Notes: generated by a model from the sequence alone, not told the origin. A stretch of DNA of 64,000 nucleotides from Octopus sinensis (GCF_006345805.1 NC_042998.1:434001-498000), one strand, 5' to 3'. Positions 25,553 through 38,385 are shown, counted from the first letter of the stretch. Made by a program: numbers and translations.

Positions 25553-27139
25553 GATATATATAAACAAGCATATATCTATTTAAGTCAGTAATTGGTTCGG
25601 AGATATGCAGCTTATCTCAGAAAACAATGTGACATGTCAAAACAAAAAAGAAAATTTATTAATTTATATCTGTTTTAATAAATGGTTCTATGCATATTTT
25701 CACATGTATTTTATTTGATTTTCCACCTCAGTGTTGCTATTTAGGTGTCTTTATAATTATTAGTTTTAAATAGGTTCACCGAGATTGACATAAAGTCAGA
25801 TAAATTGAGTGAAGTTGAGGTTTATTTTTGCTATTAATTTCTTAAAAAAGTGATTTAAAGCCAAAAAAGATCTAACTAGAAATGATATAAGTTGTACTAT
25901 GTCTATGTGTATGTATGTTGTATGTGTATGTGTATGTGTGTGTGTATAGGTGAAGGTATAGCTATGTGGTTAAAGGTTTGCTTCCCAACCATGGGTTGAC
26001 CAAAGTCTTGTGAATGGATTTGGTAGATGGAAATTGAAAGAAGTTTGTCCTATATGTGTGTGTGTGTGAGTGCTTGCATGTATGTGTGTGTGTGAAAGTG
26101 TGTGTGCATGTGCATGCTTTATGAAGGCAATAAAATCGTCGTCGTTTAACGTCCGTTTTCCGTGCTAGCATGGGTTGGACAGTTCGACTGGGGTCTGGGA
26201 AGCCAGGAGGCTGCACTAGGCTCCAGTCTGATCTGGCAGTGTTTCTACAGCTGGATGCCCTTCATAAAGGTTAATTTGAGGAATGTTATTTTAAAGGAAT
26301 TTTAAGAATAACAACAAAGTATTTGCTGATGTTGGGAACTTAATACTAAAAGTAAAACCAGCACAGATTATGGTTCTTTGCCAGAATAAAATAATGGTAC
26401 TTGTGATAATATATAATACATCCATAATTTGACAGACTTTAGACAGCTTCAATTATCCTCCACTATAATATATCTTTCACTTAAATAAAAAAAAACCAAG
26501 AGATTATATTTAGAAGCATTCTAGTACTAACCATCCCAAGAAACCCTTCTACTAATGTCATCATCACTGTCATCATTATTTTGACATCTACTTTCCCTTG
26601 CTTGCATGAAATCAGATGGATTTATTGAAGGAGTGTTTTTGTGGCTGGAGGCCTTTCCTGTTACCAATATTCACCAGATTGCAAGTAAGGTACAATTTAT
26701 CTTTGGCTGGACATGTTTTCATGGAAGATTTGAAATGAATGACATCGCTTACATGATGGTGACACTCACAACTATCATGCGATGATAGTCATTACAAGGA
26801 GAAAATACGCACACACACGTACACGCGCATACACACATGTACACGCGCACACACACACGTACACGTGCACACACACACACACACACACACGAGTTTTCTT
26901 TCAGATTTGGTCTTCAAAATCTACTCATGAGACTTTGGTTGAACCGGCATTGTAGTTGGAGATACTTGCCCAAGGTGCCACACAGTGGAACAGAATTTGA
27001 AACCATGTTGTTGGAAAGCAAAGTTCTTAACCACCTAATATATTTATATTTATTTAAATTAATATCTCAATGAAAACATCAGTATAAAATGACCAATATG
27101 AAACTTCATTTAGTCAACTCCTCTCTCTCTCTCTCTCTT

Positions 27140-27457
27140 ATTCTGGCATTCAGACGAGTGTACTGGCATAGATGTGGCAACATTTGAAATATTGTCGAGG
27201 TATATGCAGCTGATGAAGATAAATCAAATATACGTTGGCAAACGTATTTTGAAGAATCTGAAACCGGTACTGCATTATCCGTTTCTAGGTTTTTCATTTT
27301 TCAGATGTTCTTCCTAGATCTTTCAGATGTTCATGTTTGTTGCACACACGCATCTTTACTAGTACATACGCAGTGAAGCTATACATTAGCGTCGTGTTTA
27401 TTACGTTCGCTATTTTCCAGTAAATATTGGTACTTCGTTGTGCCATTTATTTACTTT
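27140..27457 (+). mobile_element. Hammerhead-bearing short element, Penelope-like pseudo-LTR candidate
   Basis: CpG-retaining segment between (CT)n and (TA)n tracts, containing a hammerhead followed by a T-rich tail; family assignment inferred. Confidence 0.55.
27204..27275 (+). ncRNA. Minimal type I hammerhead ribozyme, apparently intact
   Basis: Stem I atgcag/ctgcat; core CTGATGA 27210-27216; stem II agat/atct, tcaaa/tttga, atacgtt/aacgtat closed by ggca; GAAA 27260-27263; palindromic stem III ACCGGT; GUA cleavage triplet ending 27269. Confidence 0.85.
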
Positions 27458-27489
27458 TATATATATATATATATATTGCTGAGTTGCTG

Positions 27490-27821
27490 AGACCCCCTTC
27501 GGTCATGACTGACCATGGGATTGCACCTAGGAAGTTACCCTATCAGGCACTAGTCCAGGCAAGGTTGTTTATGGAAGGCCAGCAGTCGCCCATACATACC
27601 GGCCTCCCCTCTCCATGCCACCAGTGTTATCCAAGAGGAAGGTAAAGGCCAATACGGCTTGGCATCAGTGACATCGCAACTCATTTCTACAGCTGAGTGA
27701 ACTGGAGCAACGTGAAATAAAGTGTCTTGCTCAAGAACACAACACATAGCCCGGTCCGGGATTCAAACTCACAACCTCACGATCATAAGCTCAACGCTCT
27801 AACCACTGAAACACGTGCCTT

Positions 27822-27822
<1 letters not shown>
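27490..27822 (-). mobile_element. tRNA-derived SINE type B, full length
   Basis: Minus-strand head ggcacgtgtttcagtggttagagcg...gagtttgaatcccgg. Confidence 0.85.
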
Positions 27823-27857
<35 letters not shown>

Positions 27858-27956
27858 CGTATATATATAAATATATATATAATCATCATCATCCTCATTA
27901 TTATGATCCTTGAATGTGTTTTCCATACTTGCATGAGTTTCACAGTTTGACTGGAG

Positions 27957-28052
27957 CTGGCAAGCAGGAGAGCTGGCAAGCAGGAGACCTGGCAAGCAGG
28001 AGACCTGGCAAGCAGGAGAGCTGGCAAGCAGGAGAGCTGGCAAGCAGGAGAG
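27957..28052. repeat. 16-bp minisatellite x6 inside an RTE 3'-end fragment
   Basis: (ctggcaagcaggaga[g/c])6. Confidence 0.95.
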
Positions 28053-28081
28053 CTGCACCAGGTTTCAGTCTGATTTGGTTT

Positions 28082-28321
28082 TGTTTCTTATTTCTTTACT
28101 GTCCACAAAGGGCTACACACAGATGGGACAAACAAGGACAGACAAAGGGATTAAGTTGATTACATTGACCCCAGTGCGTAACTGGTACTTAATTTATCAA
28201 CCCCGAAAGGATGAAAGGCAAAGTTGACATCGGTGGAATTTGAACTCAGAACGTAGTGGCAGATGAAATACCAGCTAAACATTTCGCCTGGCGTGCTAAC
28301 GTTTCTGCCAGCTCGCTACCT
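28082..28321 (-). mobile_element. tRNA-derived SINE type D, full length, inserted in RTE 3' fragment
   Basis: Reverse complement of 62052-62290; RTE sequence resumes at about 28330. Confidence 0.85.
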
Positions 28322-30027
28322 TTGGCTAATTTGGCTTTGTTTCTACAGGCTGGATGCCCTTCCTAATGCCAACCACTTTGCAGTTTTTGATGGGTGCTTT
28401 TATCATGACTTTGACATGAGCACCTTCCTGTGGCACCAGCACAAGGCTTTTGCAGGACAATCCACTTCATCAAGGAGAGTGGCATTAACACTTCTGCTGT
28501 GGAGGATGGCTATTACTAATGCATAGAGCTAGGTATTTCATGAAACCCTATTTGAAATCTTGATTATACTGGAAACTAACTGAAACACATGGGCAGTCTC
28601 CTGATCATCTGTATAATAGCTTTGAAAGAGTTAAAGACGTGAAAGAAGGAAAGTAAATGATAATAAAAGTGTGGTAACTTATAAGGTGGTACTGAAAAGT
28701 TCCTAGCTTTAAGGGTATCATGAAAAGCCTAGTTGGAGGCTTGACATACTGAGTCCTGTTGCAGGGCTTAGAAAAACTGAAGGACTGCTGCCATAAATGT
28801 GTGAATCTGAACTGAGTTCCTGGGTTGAAGCATATTCTGTTGTGTGAAAAGGTTGCAAGACGCAACGAAAATTTTAGGAAAATAAAAATAAGAGATAAGT
28901 GGAAATTTTACCAGTGAGTGTGTTAAATCATAAGGCACAAAAAGAAAATTACTCTCCCCAGGCACAACAGAATAAACTGATCTTTCTGTATTTTCTTTTA
29001 CTCAAAGCCAGGAACTTTTCAGCATCCCCTCATATAAAAGAGAACTAAAAAAATATTGTTCCTCATTATATGAATAAATGTAAATTTCACAAACATGAAC
29101 ACACACAAGTCAAATATTTTTAAAAAGTTAAAAATATTACGAGCTATCAAAGACAATCTCTGGACTTAAAACAAAGATCAAAATGTGTTTGTTGGCATTA
29201 GATGACAAAATAAACATAGCTGAATTTATCAAAGCTTAACATCTGTTAACAGATAGACAGGAAATCAGCCAATAGTCGAAAAGGTTTTGAGTGGCAAACT
29301 TAGTCCATCGTCTAGTGTAAAAAAATTCCATCCCACCAGGGGTACCTTTAAATGAAGTGTACCCTGTTAGAAGAATTCAAGCAAGGTGGCTGTTGTAAGG
29401 ATAACTACCTCCCTTCCTTCCACCATTCGCAGAATCTCTACAAAGGGCCACAGGTACTGTCCTTCTTCTGACTAAGCCTTAAAAAAATGGGATTTTGATT
29501 TAATATATTTCTAGTAATGATTTGACAAGGGGTTCAAATTTGAATAAAAAGTTGTACTGATATCTGGTATTATTACAAGTGCAATGGCTCAGCCAACATT
29601 TGTGAATGATGTAATAGTTGAAACTTGAATAGACCAAGGCATGAGTGATGCTATTTCACAATAAGCAACACTAAGCTGCATACAGTTACAATGATTGTTC
29701 CCTTGAATAGAACACCATGATGCCATAAATAATATTCTCAGAAAGATATAGTAGTAGTTCCTAACTGTTAGAAAGGTTCTATGAAATATGTGCAGTTGAT
29801 ATGAGCTCATAACCTTTTGAGCTGGAAGTCCAATAAACTATCCACTCAGTTGGTCTGCATTTTCATATCTACAGCCTATTAACAAAGGATCAATCTTTGC
29901 TCTGATTCCACAAAGACCCCACGAGGGTATGTGGTCAGCATAAAAAAATATATATATATATATAAAGTTTGTAAAATAGAATAAGTTCATGTGTCATGTG
30001 GAGGATTGAAATTGACTCTAGTACTTG

Positions 30028-30426
30028 ACTCTTTTACTTGTTTCAGTCATTTGACTGTGGCCATGCTGGAGCACCACCTTTAGTTGAGCAAATCGACCCC
30101 CAGGACTTATTCTTTGTAAGTCTAGTACTTATTCTATTGGTCTCTTATGCTGAACCGCTAAGTTACAGAGACGTAAACACCAGCATCGGTTGTCAAGCAA
30201 TGTTGGAGGGACAAACACAAACACACAAACATATAAACACACACATATATACATACATATATACGGCAGGCTCCTTTCAGTTTCCATCTACCAAATCCAC
30301 TCACAAGGCTTTGGTCGGCCCAAGGCTATAGTAGAAGACACTTGCTCAAGGTTCCATGTAGTGTGACTGAATACGGAACCATGTGGTTAGTAAGCAAGCT
30401 ACTTACCACACAGCCACTCCTACACC
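30028..30426 (-). mobile_element. tRNA-derived SINE type A, full length
   Basis: Complete head-body-tail. Confidence 0.9.
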
Positions 30427-30740
30427 TGATAGCTTCATAAAATGATGGCTTCATTTTATTAACCCTATAGTGATGAAAGGCAAAGTTCACCTCAATGGGA
30501 CAAGAACAAAGAATGTAAAGATCTGGAAGAAATACTACAAAGCATTTTGTTCAATGTAACAACTTTGTCAAACCACTGCCGTCATAATAATATTAACTTG
30601 TTCTACTATAGGTAAAAGCTTGAAATTAGTAGGGAGACAGCCAGTCAATAATATCAACTTCAGTACTCAACTTGTTGACCTCAAATGGAAGGAAGTCAAA
30701 GTTGGCCTTGGCAGAAATTGAACTCAGAACGTAAGGCTAG

Positions 30741-31044
30741 TATTATCTACATTATTTACATTTGACAGATATTTGTCCTCATCTTGTTTGTTGTTAACAC
30801 AATGTTTCGGCTGATATATCCTCCAAGCCTTCTTCAGGTGTCTTGGGGAAATTTTGAACCTGGGTTCTCATTCCTAAGGTTTTTTTCGATGTTTTTATTA
30901 TTATTATTATTATTGTTGTTGTTATTGTTCAGGCCACTGCTTGGAATCGAACTTGGAATCTTGGGGTTAGTAGCCCACATTCTTAACCATTACGCCATAT
31001 GCCCACGGGCATATGGCGTAGTGGTTAAATATATAAATAAATAT
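30741..31044 (-). mobile_element. tRNA-headed element with hammerhead-bearing tail, inverted 5' duplication and TSD
   Basis: A box tggcgtaatgg, B box agttcgattcc (31004-30932); hammerhead motif 30842-30796; hairpin 30983-31028; flanking repeat agaac(t)gtaaggctag at 30726-30740 and 31045-31060. Confidence 0.8.
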
Positions 31045-31742
31045 AGAACTGTAAGGCTAGAAGAAGGGCCGCCAAGTATTTTGTCCAGCATGCTAGCAAT
31101 TCTACCAGCTCACTGCCATTGTTTCAAATTTTGGCACAAGGCCAGCAATTTTAGGAGCATACTGGGGCAAATTGATTACATTGATCTTAGTACTAAACTG
31201 GTCCTTATTTTACCAGTCCCGAAAGGATGAAAAACAAAATTGACCTTGGCATGATTTGAATATTCAGAACAGAATGAGCTGAATGAAATGCTTCCAATCA
31301 TTGTGTTCAATATTCCAATGATTCTGCCAGATTACTACCCTAATCATAATAATAATCATGATGGACTCTCCCATTGAAGACAACGTATGAGCATTCAGCT
31401 TTTGCTGAACAACCTGTAGAGAGGATTTCTTTATAGGGATCAAGAGTTCATGCTGCACATTAAACTCACAGCTTCCATTAAATCGACATTGAACAGGTGC
31501 ACGGTAAACCATGTGTCAAGTGTCAAAGTGATCACAGAGCAACATGAGATGAAGAAGTGGTTTATGTTTGAGAACACAACGTACCACCCAGTCCAGGAGT
31601 TGAAATCATGATTGCTAGATTGCAAGTGCAACACCCTAACCACTAAGCCATGTGCCCTCACTAATAGTAATGATAATGATAATGATGATGATAATAATCA
31701 ATAATAAATCTCTGAGTGAGGTATAAACAGAAGCTGCACGAC

Positions 31743-31923
31743 ATTGTGAAGTATATTTGTCACTTAAATGTGGCTAACCTCTAAGGGTGGATGCTACTGT
31801 AGCTTGTAGCCCCAAAAGTGTGTCAATAGTCAGCCGGAGGAGGTGTCCTCCTGGGGCTACAAGCTACAGCCGCATCCACCCTTAGGGGTTAGCCACATTT
31901 AAGTGGCAAATATACTTCACAAT
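31743..31923. repeat. 72-bp-arm inverted repeat followed by (AAT)n
   Basis: Arms 31743-31814 / 31852-31923, few mismatches. Confidence 0.9.
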
Positions 31924-32382
31924 AATAATAATAATAAGTAGAAATGAGTCTTTATAGGTTTGTAATGTATAAAAGTTGAAAGCTGGTTGCTGTAGCTTAT
32001 GACGGAGATGTCAAGGAAGCTGAAAAAAATGTCACAGTTGATGGAGGTGGATTTCAGGGCAGAGAAAAATCTAACCAACACAGCATGTGGAATCATTATG
32101 AATTGTATTTAATGTAACTGTAAGATGGTTATTTCACTGCACTGTTATGTGCATTACAGGTGCAGCAGATAGTGACAGCTGATTGCAGAGAAAGTTATTT
32201 TAGACACAGAAGTGCAAGCATAGCTGTTAGGTTAAGAAGTTTACCTTGCAGCCATGTGGCTTCAGGTCAGATTCAATCCCTCAACATGACCACCTTGAGC
32301 AAGAGCCTTCAACTATACCTTTGGGCCCATCAATACTTTGTGAAGGAATTTGGTTGATTGAAACTCTGTGAAAGACCATCAA

Positions 32383-32416
<34 letters not shown>

Positions 32417-33309
32417 TTTTACTTGTTTCAGGCATTTGTCTGTGGCCATGCCGGAGCACCACCTTAAAAAAGTAGGGTTTTCCGTACACATGAAACTCGA
32501 ACCTCCACCTCTATGTTTTTGTGAGAAGTGTGCTACCATACATATACATATATATATATATATACATACATATATGTGTGTGATAGTGTACATGTGTGTA
32601 TGTGTGTGTGTGTCTATGTGTTTGTATCTTTATGTTTGTGTTTGTCGCCTACTCTCCGACCATCTGGCAACCAGAGTTGGTTTGTTCATGTACCAGTAGT
32701 TACGTCCCCATAACCTAGCAGTTCAGTAAAAGGGGGCTGATAGAATAAGTATCAAATTATAAAGCAAACCAAAAAAGAAGAGGAAGAATTTGTTCAACTA
32801 AAACCCTTCAAAGCGGAACCCCCAACGTGGCTGCAGTCCAAAGACTGAAACAAGTAATAGAAAGATCAAAGGAAAAGAAGTCTAACCCAAACATTTGACT
32901 ACTGAGTGTAGAGAATAACATAATTATAACTTGCAGCCAATATCAGAAGTTGCTTATTTTAATGTCACTTCACCTGAATTACAACTGGATTGAGAGCTGC
33001 AAAATCAAGCAAGAAAAAAAATCCCCACTACTTTCACAGAAGTGTTAAAGTTCAATAGTGTAATCTACTATAAATAGGTATTTGTACATTTGAATGGACA
33101 AAAGATTATGTTTATTGGTTTGACTTGCACTTCCAAATACACAATGTTTTGCATGAATATTCATTATTTATTTAATCGTGTTGTTAACAAATGCATGATA
33201 TGCAAATTAACCATTACTGAAACAAATATTTTAGTTTGTGTTTGATTTTGTTTGTTTGTTTTATGTCTGGTATTTATTTTTTCCATGCTAGCATGGATTA
33301 GATGAATGT

Positions 33310-33720
33310 TACTCTTTTACTAGTTTCAGTCATTTGACTGTGGCCATGCTGGAGCGCTGCCTTTTTTAGTCAAGCAAATCGACCTCAGGACTTATTTTTT
33401 GTAAGCCTAGTACATATTCTATCAGTCTCTTTTGCCGAACTACTAAGTTACGGGGGATGTAAACACACCAGCATCGGTTGTCAAGCGATGTTGGGGGGGG
33501 GACAAACACAGGCACACAAACATATACACACATACATATATACATATACATATATACTACTGGCTTCTTTCAGTTTCTGTCTACCAAATCCACTCACAAG
33601 GCTTTGGTTGGCCCGAGGCTATAGTAGAAGACACTTCCCCACGGTGTCACACAGTGGGACTGAACCCGGAACCATGAAGTTGGTAAGCAAGCTACTTACT
33701 ACACAGCCACTCCTATGCCT
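33310..33720 (-). mobile_element. tRNA-derived SINE type A, full length
   Basis: Complete head-body-tail. Confidence 0.9.
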
Positions 33721-34256
33721 ACGTTATTGTGGAATTGTTTTACAGTTGGCTCTCCTTCTTGTTGCTAATCCTTATCTGTTTCTCAAATAAAGGATCCCTT
33801 ATTCTGCATGGTTTTGAAAGCATCAAAGGCACAGGTAATTCGTTAGCAAGAGAGATGTTAGTAAGACCTCTATGTATCAGTTGTAACTTCTGAATTAAAC
33901 TAACATACCAACTCAACCACATTTTTACAAACACCATGAACTCCCTTAACAAGTTTTGTCACTTTGTTAGTGACTGGTTGAACTTTCTCAAGAACTTAAA
34001 TAAAACTCAAGGAAAAATCATACATACATACATATAATGTTGCCTCTTCTCATCTATGTATTCATTTTACATTGTCTCGTGTTTTCTCATTCAAAATGGA
34101 GGTGATAATCATAATTTTTAAGAGGATCATTAGAGAATTGTGGAAATTAATACCACATAAAACCATTGGTAGCCTTATTAATGCACAAATAAAGAATATT
34201 TATCCATCAAATGCAGTTGTGTGTACTCATTTTACTGTTCAATATTATCATATATA

Positions 34257-34593
34257 CTAGCTGGCCCTTGCCATCAAAAGGCAACACCAATGTCCTCTCA
34301 ATGATTAGCCAGAGATGATTTTTAAAATGAGAATATTATCTGAAATAAACTCAACTGCTCTCCCAAACGAGAATATAAAAATGAACCCAACTACTCTAAA
34401 AATTAAGCAAATAAACAGGAAAAATAATCCAGAATCCTTGTCCAGTATGGGATCAATCCCAAAACCTAATCACTTTGTGCCAGTCACGAAAGTTTCATTT
34501 GAATCCATGCAGTGGTTCTTGCGATATCTTGTCCAGAGACAAACAAACAAACAAACACGGCTGAATACAATACCTCTGCCTAGCAGAGGTAAT
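34257..34593 (-). mobile_element. Non-autonomous Helitron/Helentron-like element
   Basis: CTAG end with nearby hairpin ttgcc/ggcaa; (caaa)n; terminal hairpin tacctctgc/gcagaggta at 34571-34591. Confidence 0.5.
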
Positions 34594-36833
34594 CAGGTAC
34601 AAAACCAAGTTTTTAGTTTAATAATTCTTTTATTACCAAATTTATGATTTATCTTTCAACTGCAGTCGTTTTATATTCTTGATACAGTCAGGCAATAATT
34701 ATTTTCTCTAATGAGTTTGTATGTGTATATATTTGTGAAAGTGTGTGTGTGTGAGTGTAATAATTATTTTTAATATAACAGATAGAATATCAATGGTAAA
34801 TCAAATTAATACCCTTGTCAATGCTACCTAGTGGTTGTCTTTTGAGATGTGACATCAATCACTGTTTGTTACTGAAAGAACACTGGTTCATGCATACAAA
34901 TATTCACATACTTCCCTTGTACATGTACACACATACACACATATACTCACACAGAGTTGAAACGCTGTTTGATTTTTCTTTTCAGTGTTGACTATTCACC
35001 ATCCCACTTCCATTGCACACATACACACACATGCACACACACACAAACATTCACATGCCTCCCTTTTACATACACACACATATCTTCACACAGAGTTGAA
35101 ACGCTGTTTGATTTCTGTTTCCACTATAGAATTTCTACCATCCCATTACCAGTTTGCCATCACCCCTTCTTTCTTTCTTTATTCAATTATCATCCCTTCC
35201 TTTCTCATTTATTTGTTGTGATGGAGAAAAACACATTATAGTAGATCTTTTATATTTTACTTATTTCAGCCATACTGCGACACTGCATTGAAGAATTTTT
35301 AGTCGAATGAATCAACATCAGCACTTAGTCTTTTTAAGCCTATTACTTATTCTATCAATCTGTTTTGCCAAACTGCTAAGTTACCAGTTGTCAAGTGGTG
35401 GTAGGGACAAACACAAACACACACAGACATATGCATGGATGTGACAGGTTTATTTCAGCTTCCACCTACCTAATACACTCACAAGGCTTTGGTCAGCCTG
35501 ATGCTAAAGTAAAGACACTTGTCAAAGGTACCATGCAGTATGACTGAACCCAAAACCACACAGCCATGCCTGCACACACACACACACACACACAAATAAA
35601 ACTTCTTTTCTAGTTTTCATCTGGCCACAAATAATTCACATGAACATTTGTTGAGTGAACTACTGACGGAAAATACCCTGCTAAGATTAATTTGGATGTA
35701 TCCTGTGATCTATGTATATGTCTTAATACTGGAAACTCATATACATGCACACATGTATATATATATATATATATATATATAGTGAGAGAGAGAGAGGGGA
35801 AGAGAGAGAGAGAGAGAGAGAGAGTGCCCATGAAAAACATACATTTTATAATCTAGATGATAGACACTATTTCACCTACTCAGATATGCCATCTGCAGCC
35901 ATTAACACAGATTAATTTTCTATTTTGTCTTTAATCTCAGACATAAGTAAGTGTAAACTGCTGGGATTAAAAACTACAATTTACTTAATCAATAAATCTA
36001 AAGCCAAACATAGAAAGAGATTGGAGAAGGATTAATCGGAACCACATCTCATTATTCAGAAACGTGCACACACACACACACACACAGATGCACAAATATG
36101 TATATATGTATATATAAATATACACATATACATTTGTGTGCATGGGAAATAAATACATATGTATAAAACTGGGTGAATTTCTAGTTAAACGACAGCTTTG
36201 AAAAGCTTTTAGAGTTGGACTTCATCAGATGTAAATACGTTTCATTATTCTCTATATCAGGGGAAAGTAAAAAATGTCTTGACATGCTTCATGAGTTCAG
36301 AGCCCATTCAGTAGGAGAACAGCCCCTTTCCCCACCCCACACCACCTCTTTATCTGTGAAAAAAAAAATGAATAATTGTTACTTAAATCACAAAATTGTA
36401 TGTGCATGTTTCTTAGTTCACAACACCATATCTCTGAAGATTTCCTGAAGAAGGGTCCTAACCTCAAAATATCAAAACACAAGGTTGATTTATATTATTT
36501 GTTTTAACTAGCATTGATTTGGCTTTAAAAAAAATTTAGAAATATTTACACACACATATAGGGACATAGACCTGTGTGTTTGAATGTGGTACTAGTTTAA
36601 GCAACAAGAAAATTATGGAAGAAAATATAGTTCAAATCAATTACGTGAACATCCACCTCTTGTGTTTTGCAAATTCGAAATTATCCAATGTAATGATAGA
36701 TTATTTCTATCCTGCTTTGAGTCTTAACCTTTTAACATTTTAACTGGATATATCTGACCCAAATATTCTAACTGGTTTATGTTAAAACTGGTCAGATTTG
36801 GCCTCTCACACTTACTCCACAATGTTAATCTGC

Positions 36834-38385
36834 CAATCTGATCTGGCAGTGTTTCTACAGCTGGATGCCCTTCCTAACGCCAACCACTCCACGAGTGTAG
36901 TGGGTGCCTTTTACGTACCACCGGCACAGGTGCCAGGGGAGTCTGGCATCGGTCACGATCGGTTGGTGCTTTTAACGTGCCAACGGCACGGAAGCCAGCC
37001 AAGGTGGCACTGGCATTGGTCACGTTCGGATGGTGCTTTTTATGTGCCACCGGCACAGAAGCCAGTCGAGGTGGCGCTGGCATCGGCCACGTACGGATGG
37101 TGCTTTTTATGTGCCACCGGCACAGGTACCACATCTACTATTTCCATTGATATTTATTTCGATGTTCATGTACTTGACTCAAAAGGTCTCCTCAAGCACA
37201 GCGGGATGTTCTGGAATCCAAGGTACTTTGAATGGGCAGGGGCTATGCGGAACTGGTGCCAGAAGCAGCCCGGGTCTTTGCAGTCACAGCATATCTCCAG
37301 AGATCTCGGTCCTTCGCCATTGCCTCTGTGAGGCCCAACGCTCTGAGGTCATGCTTGACTACCTCATCCCATGTCTTCCTGGGTCTACCTCTCCCCCTGA
37401 TACCTTCAACTGTTTGGGAGAGGCACTTCTTCACACATCTCTCCTCATCCATCCGCAGTACATGACCATACCATCGCAAGCGTCGCTCTTGCACACCACA
37501 TCTGATGCTTCTTATGTCCAGCATTTCTCTCAGGGTGCTTACACTCTGTCGTGCGCGCACACTGACATTACACATCCAGCGGATCATGCTAGCTTCATTT
37601 CTTTCAAGTCTACACATGTCCTCTGCAGTCACGGCCCATGTTTCACTACTGTGAAGCATGGCAGTTTGCACACATGCATCATACAATCTACCTTTAACTC
37701 TGAGCGAGAGACCCTTTGTCGCCAGTAGGGGTAGGAGCTTTCTAAACCTTGCCCAGGCTATTCGTATTCTAGTGGTGACACTCTCTGAGCATCCACCTCC
37801 ACTACTAACTTGGTCACCCAGGTAGCGGAAACTATCAACTACTTCTAGTTTCTTCCCCTGGAGTGTGATGGAATCTGTTTTCTGAGTATCTGTGGTGTCT
37901 ATTGTCCCTGTGCATCTGCCGCACATGAAAGCTATCTTATCAGTTAATTTCCCTTTGATGTTGCTGCACCTCTTATGCGTCCATAGCTTACACTGGGTAC
38001 ATCTTATGGAGTTTCTACCTACACCTTTCCTACAGATCGAGCAGGGCCACCTGCCCAAGGGTGTGTGTGCTGAGTTCGCCTTTCTGCTTACTATAACTTT
38101 GGTCTTTGCTACATTTACTCTAAGGCCCTTTGATTCTAACCCTTGCTTCCACACCCGAAATTTCTTTTCTAGTTCCGATAGTGATTCTGCTATGAGAGCC
38201 AGGTCATCAGCATAGAGGAGCTCCCAGGGGCAACCTGTTTTGAATTCCTCTGTTATTGCATGGAGGACTATGATGAATAAAAGGGGACTGAGGGCTGAGC
38301 CCTGGTGTACACCTACTTCTACCCGGAATTCTTCATTATATTCATTGCCAATCCTAACCTTGCTGACAGCCTCTCTGTATAGGAC
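36834..38385 (-). mobile_element. RTE LINE, 5'-truncated, open RT C-terminal frame (about 38381-37243) plus 3' UTR
   Basis: GVHQGSALSPLLF, LLYADDL, FRYLG, RLRWYGHVLRM, GRGRPRKTW; no stop seen in frame. Confidence 0.95.

Noticed and set aside
30932-31004. Functional tRNA gene
   Set aside because: Acceptor and anticodon stems pair poorly, no Pol III T-run follows, and it lies in a TSD-flanked insertion; treated as SINE head
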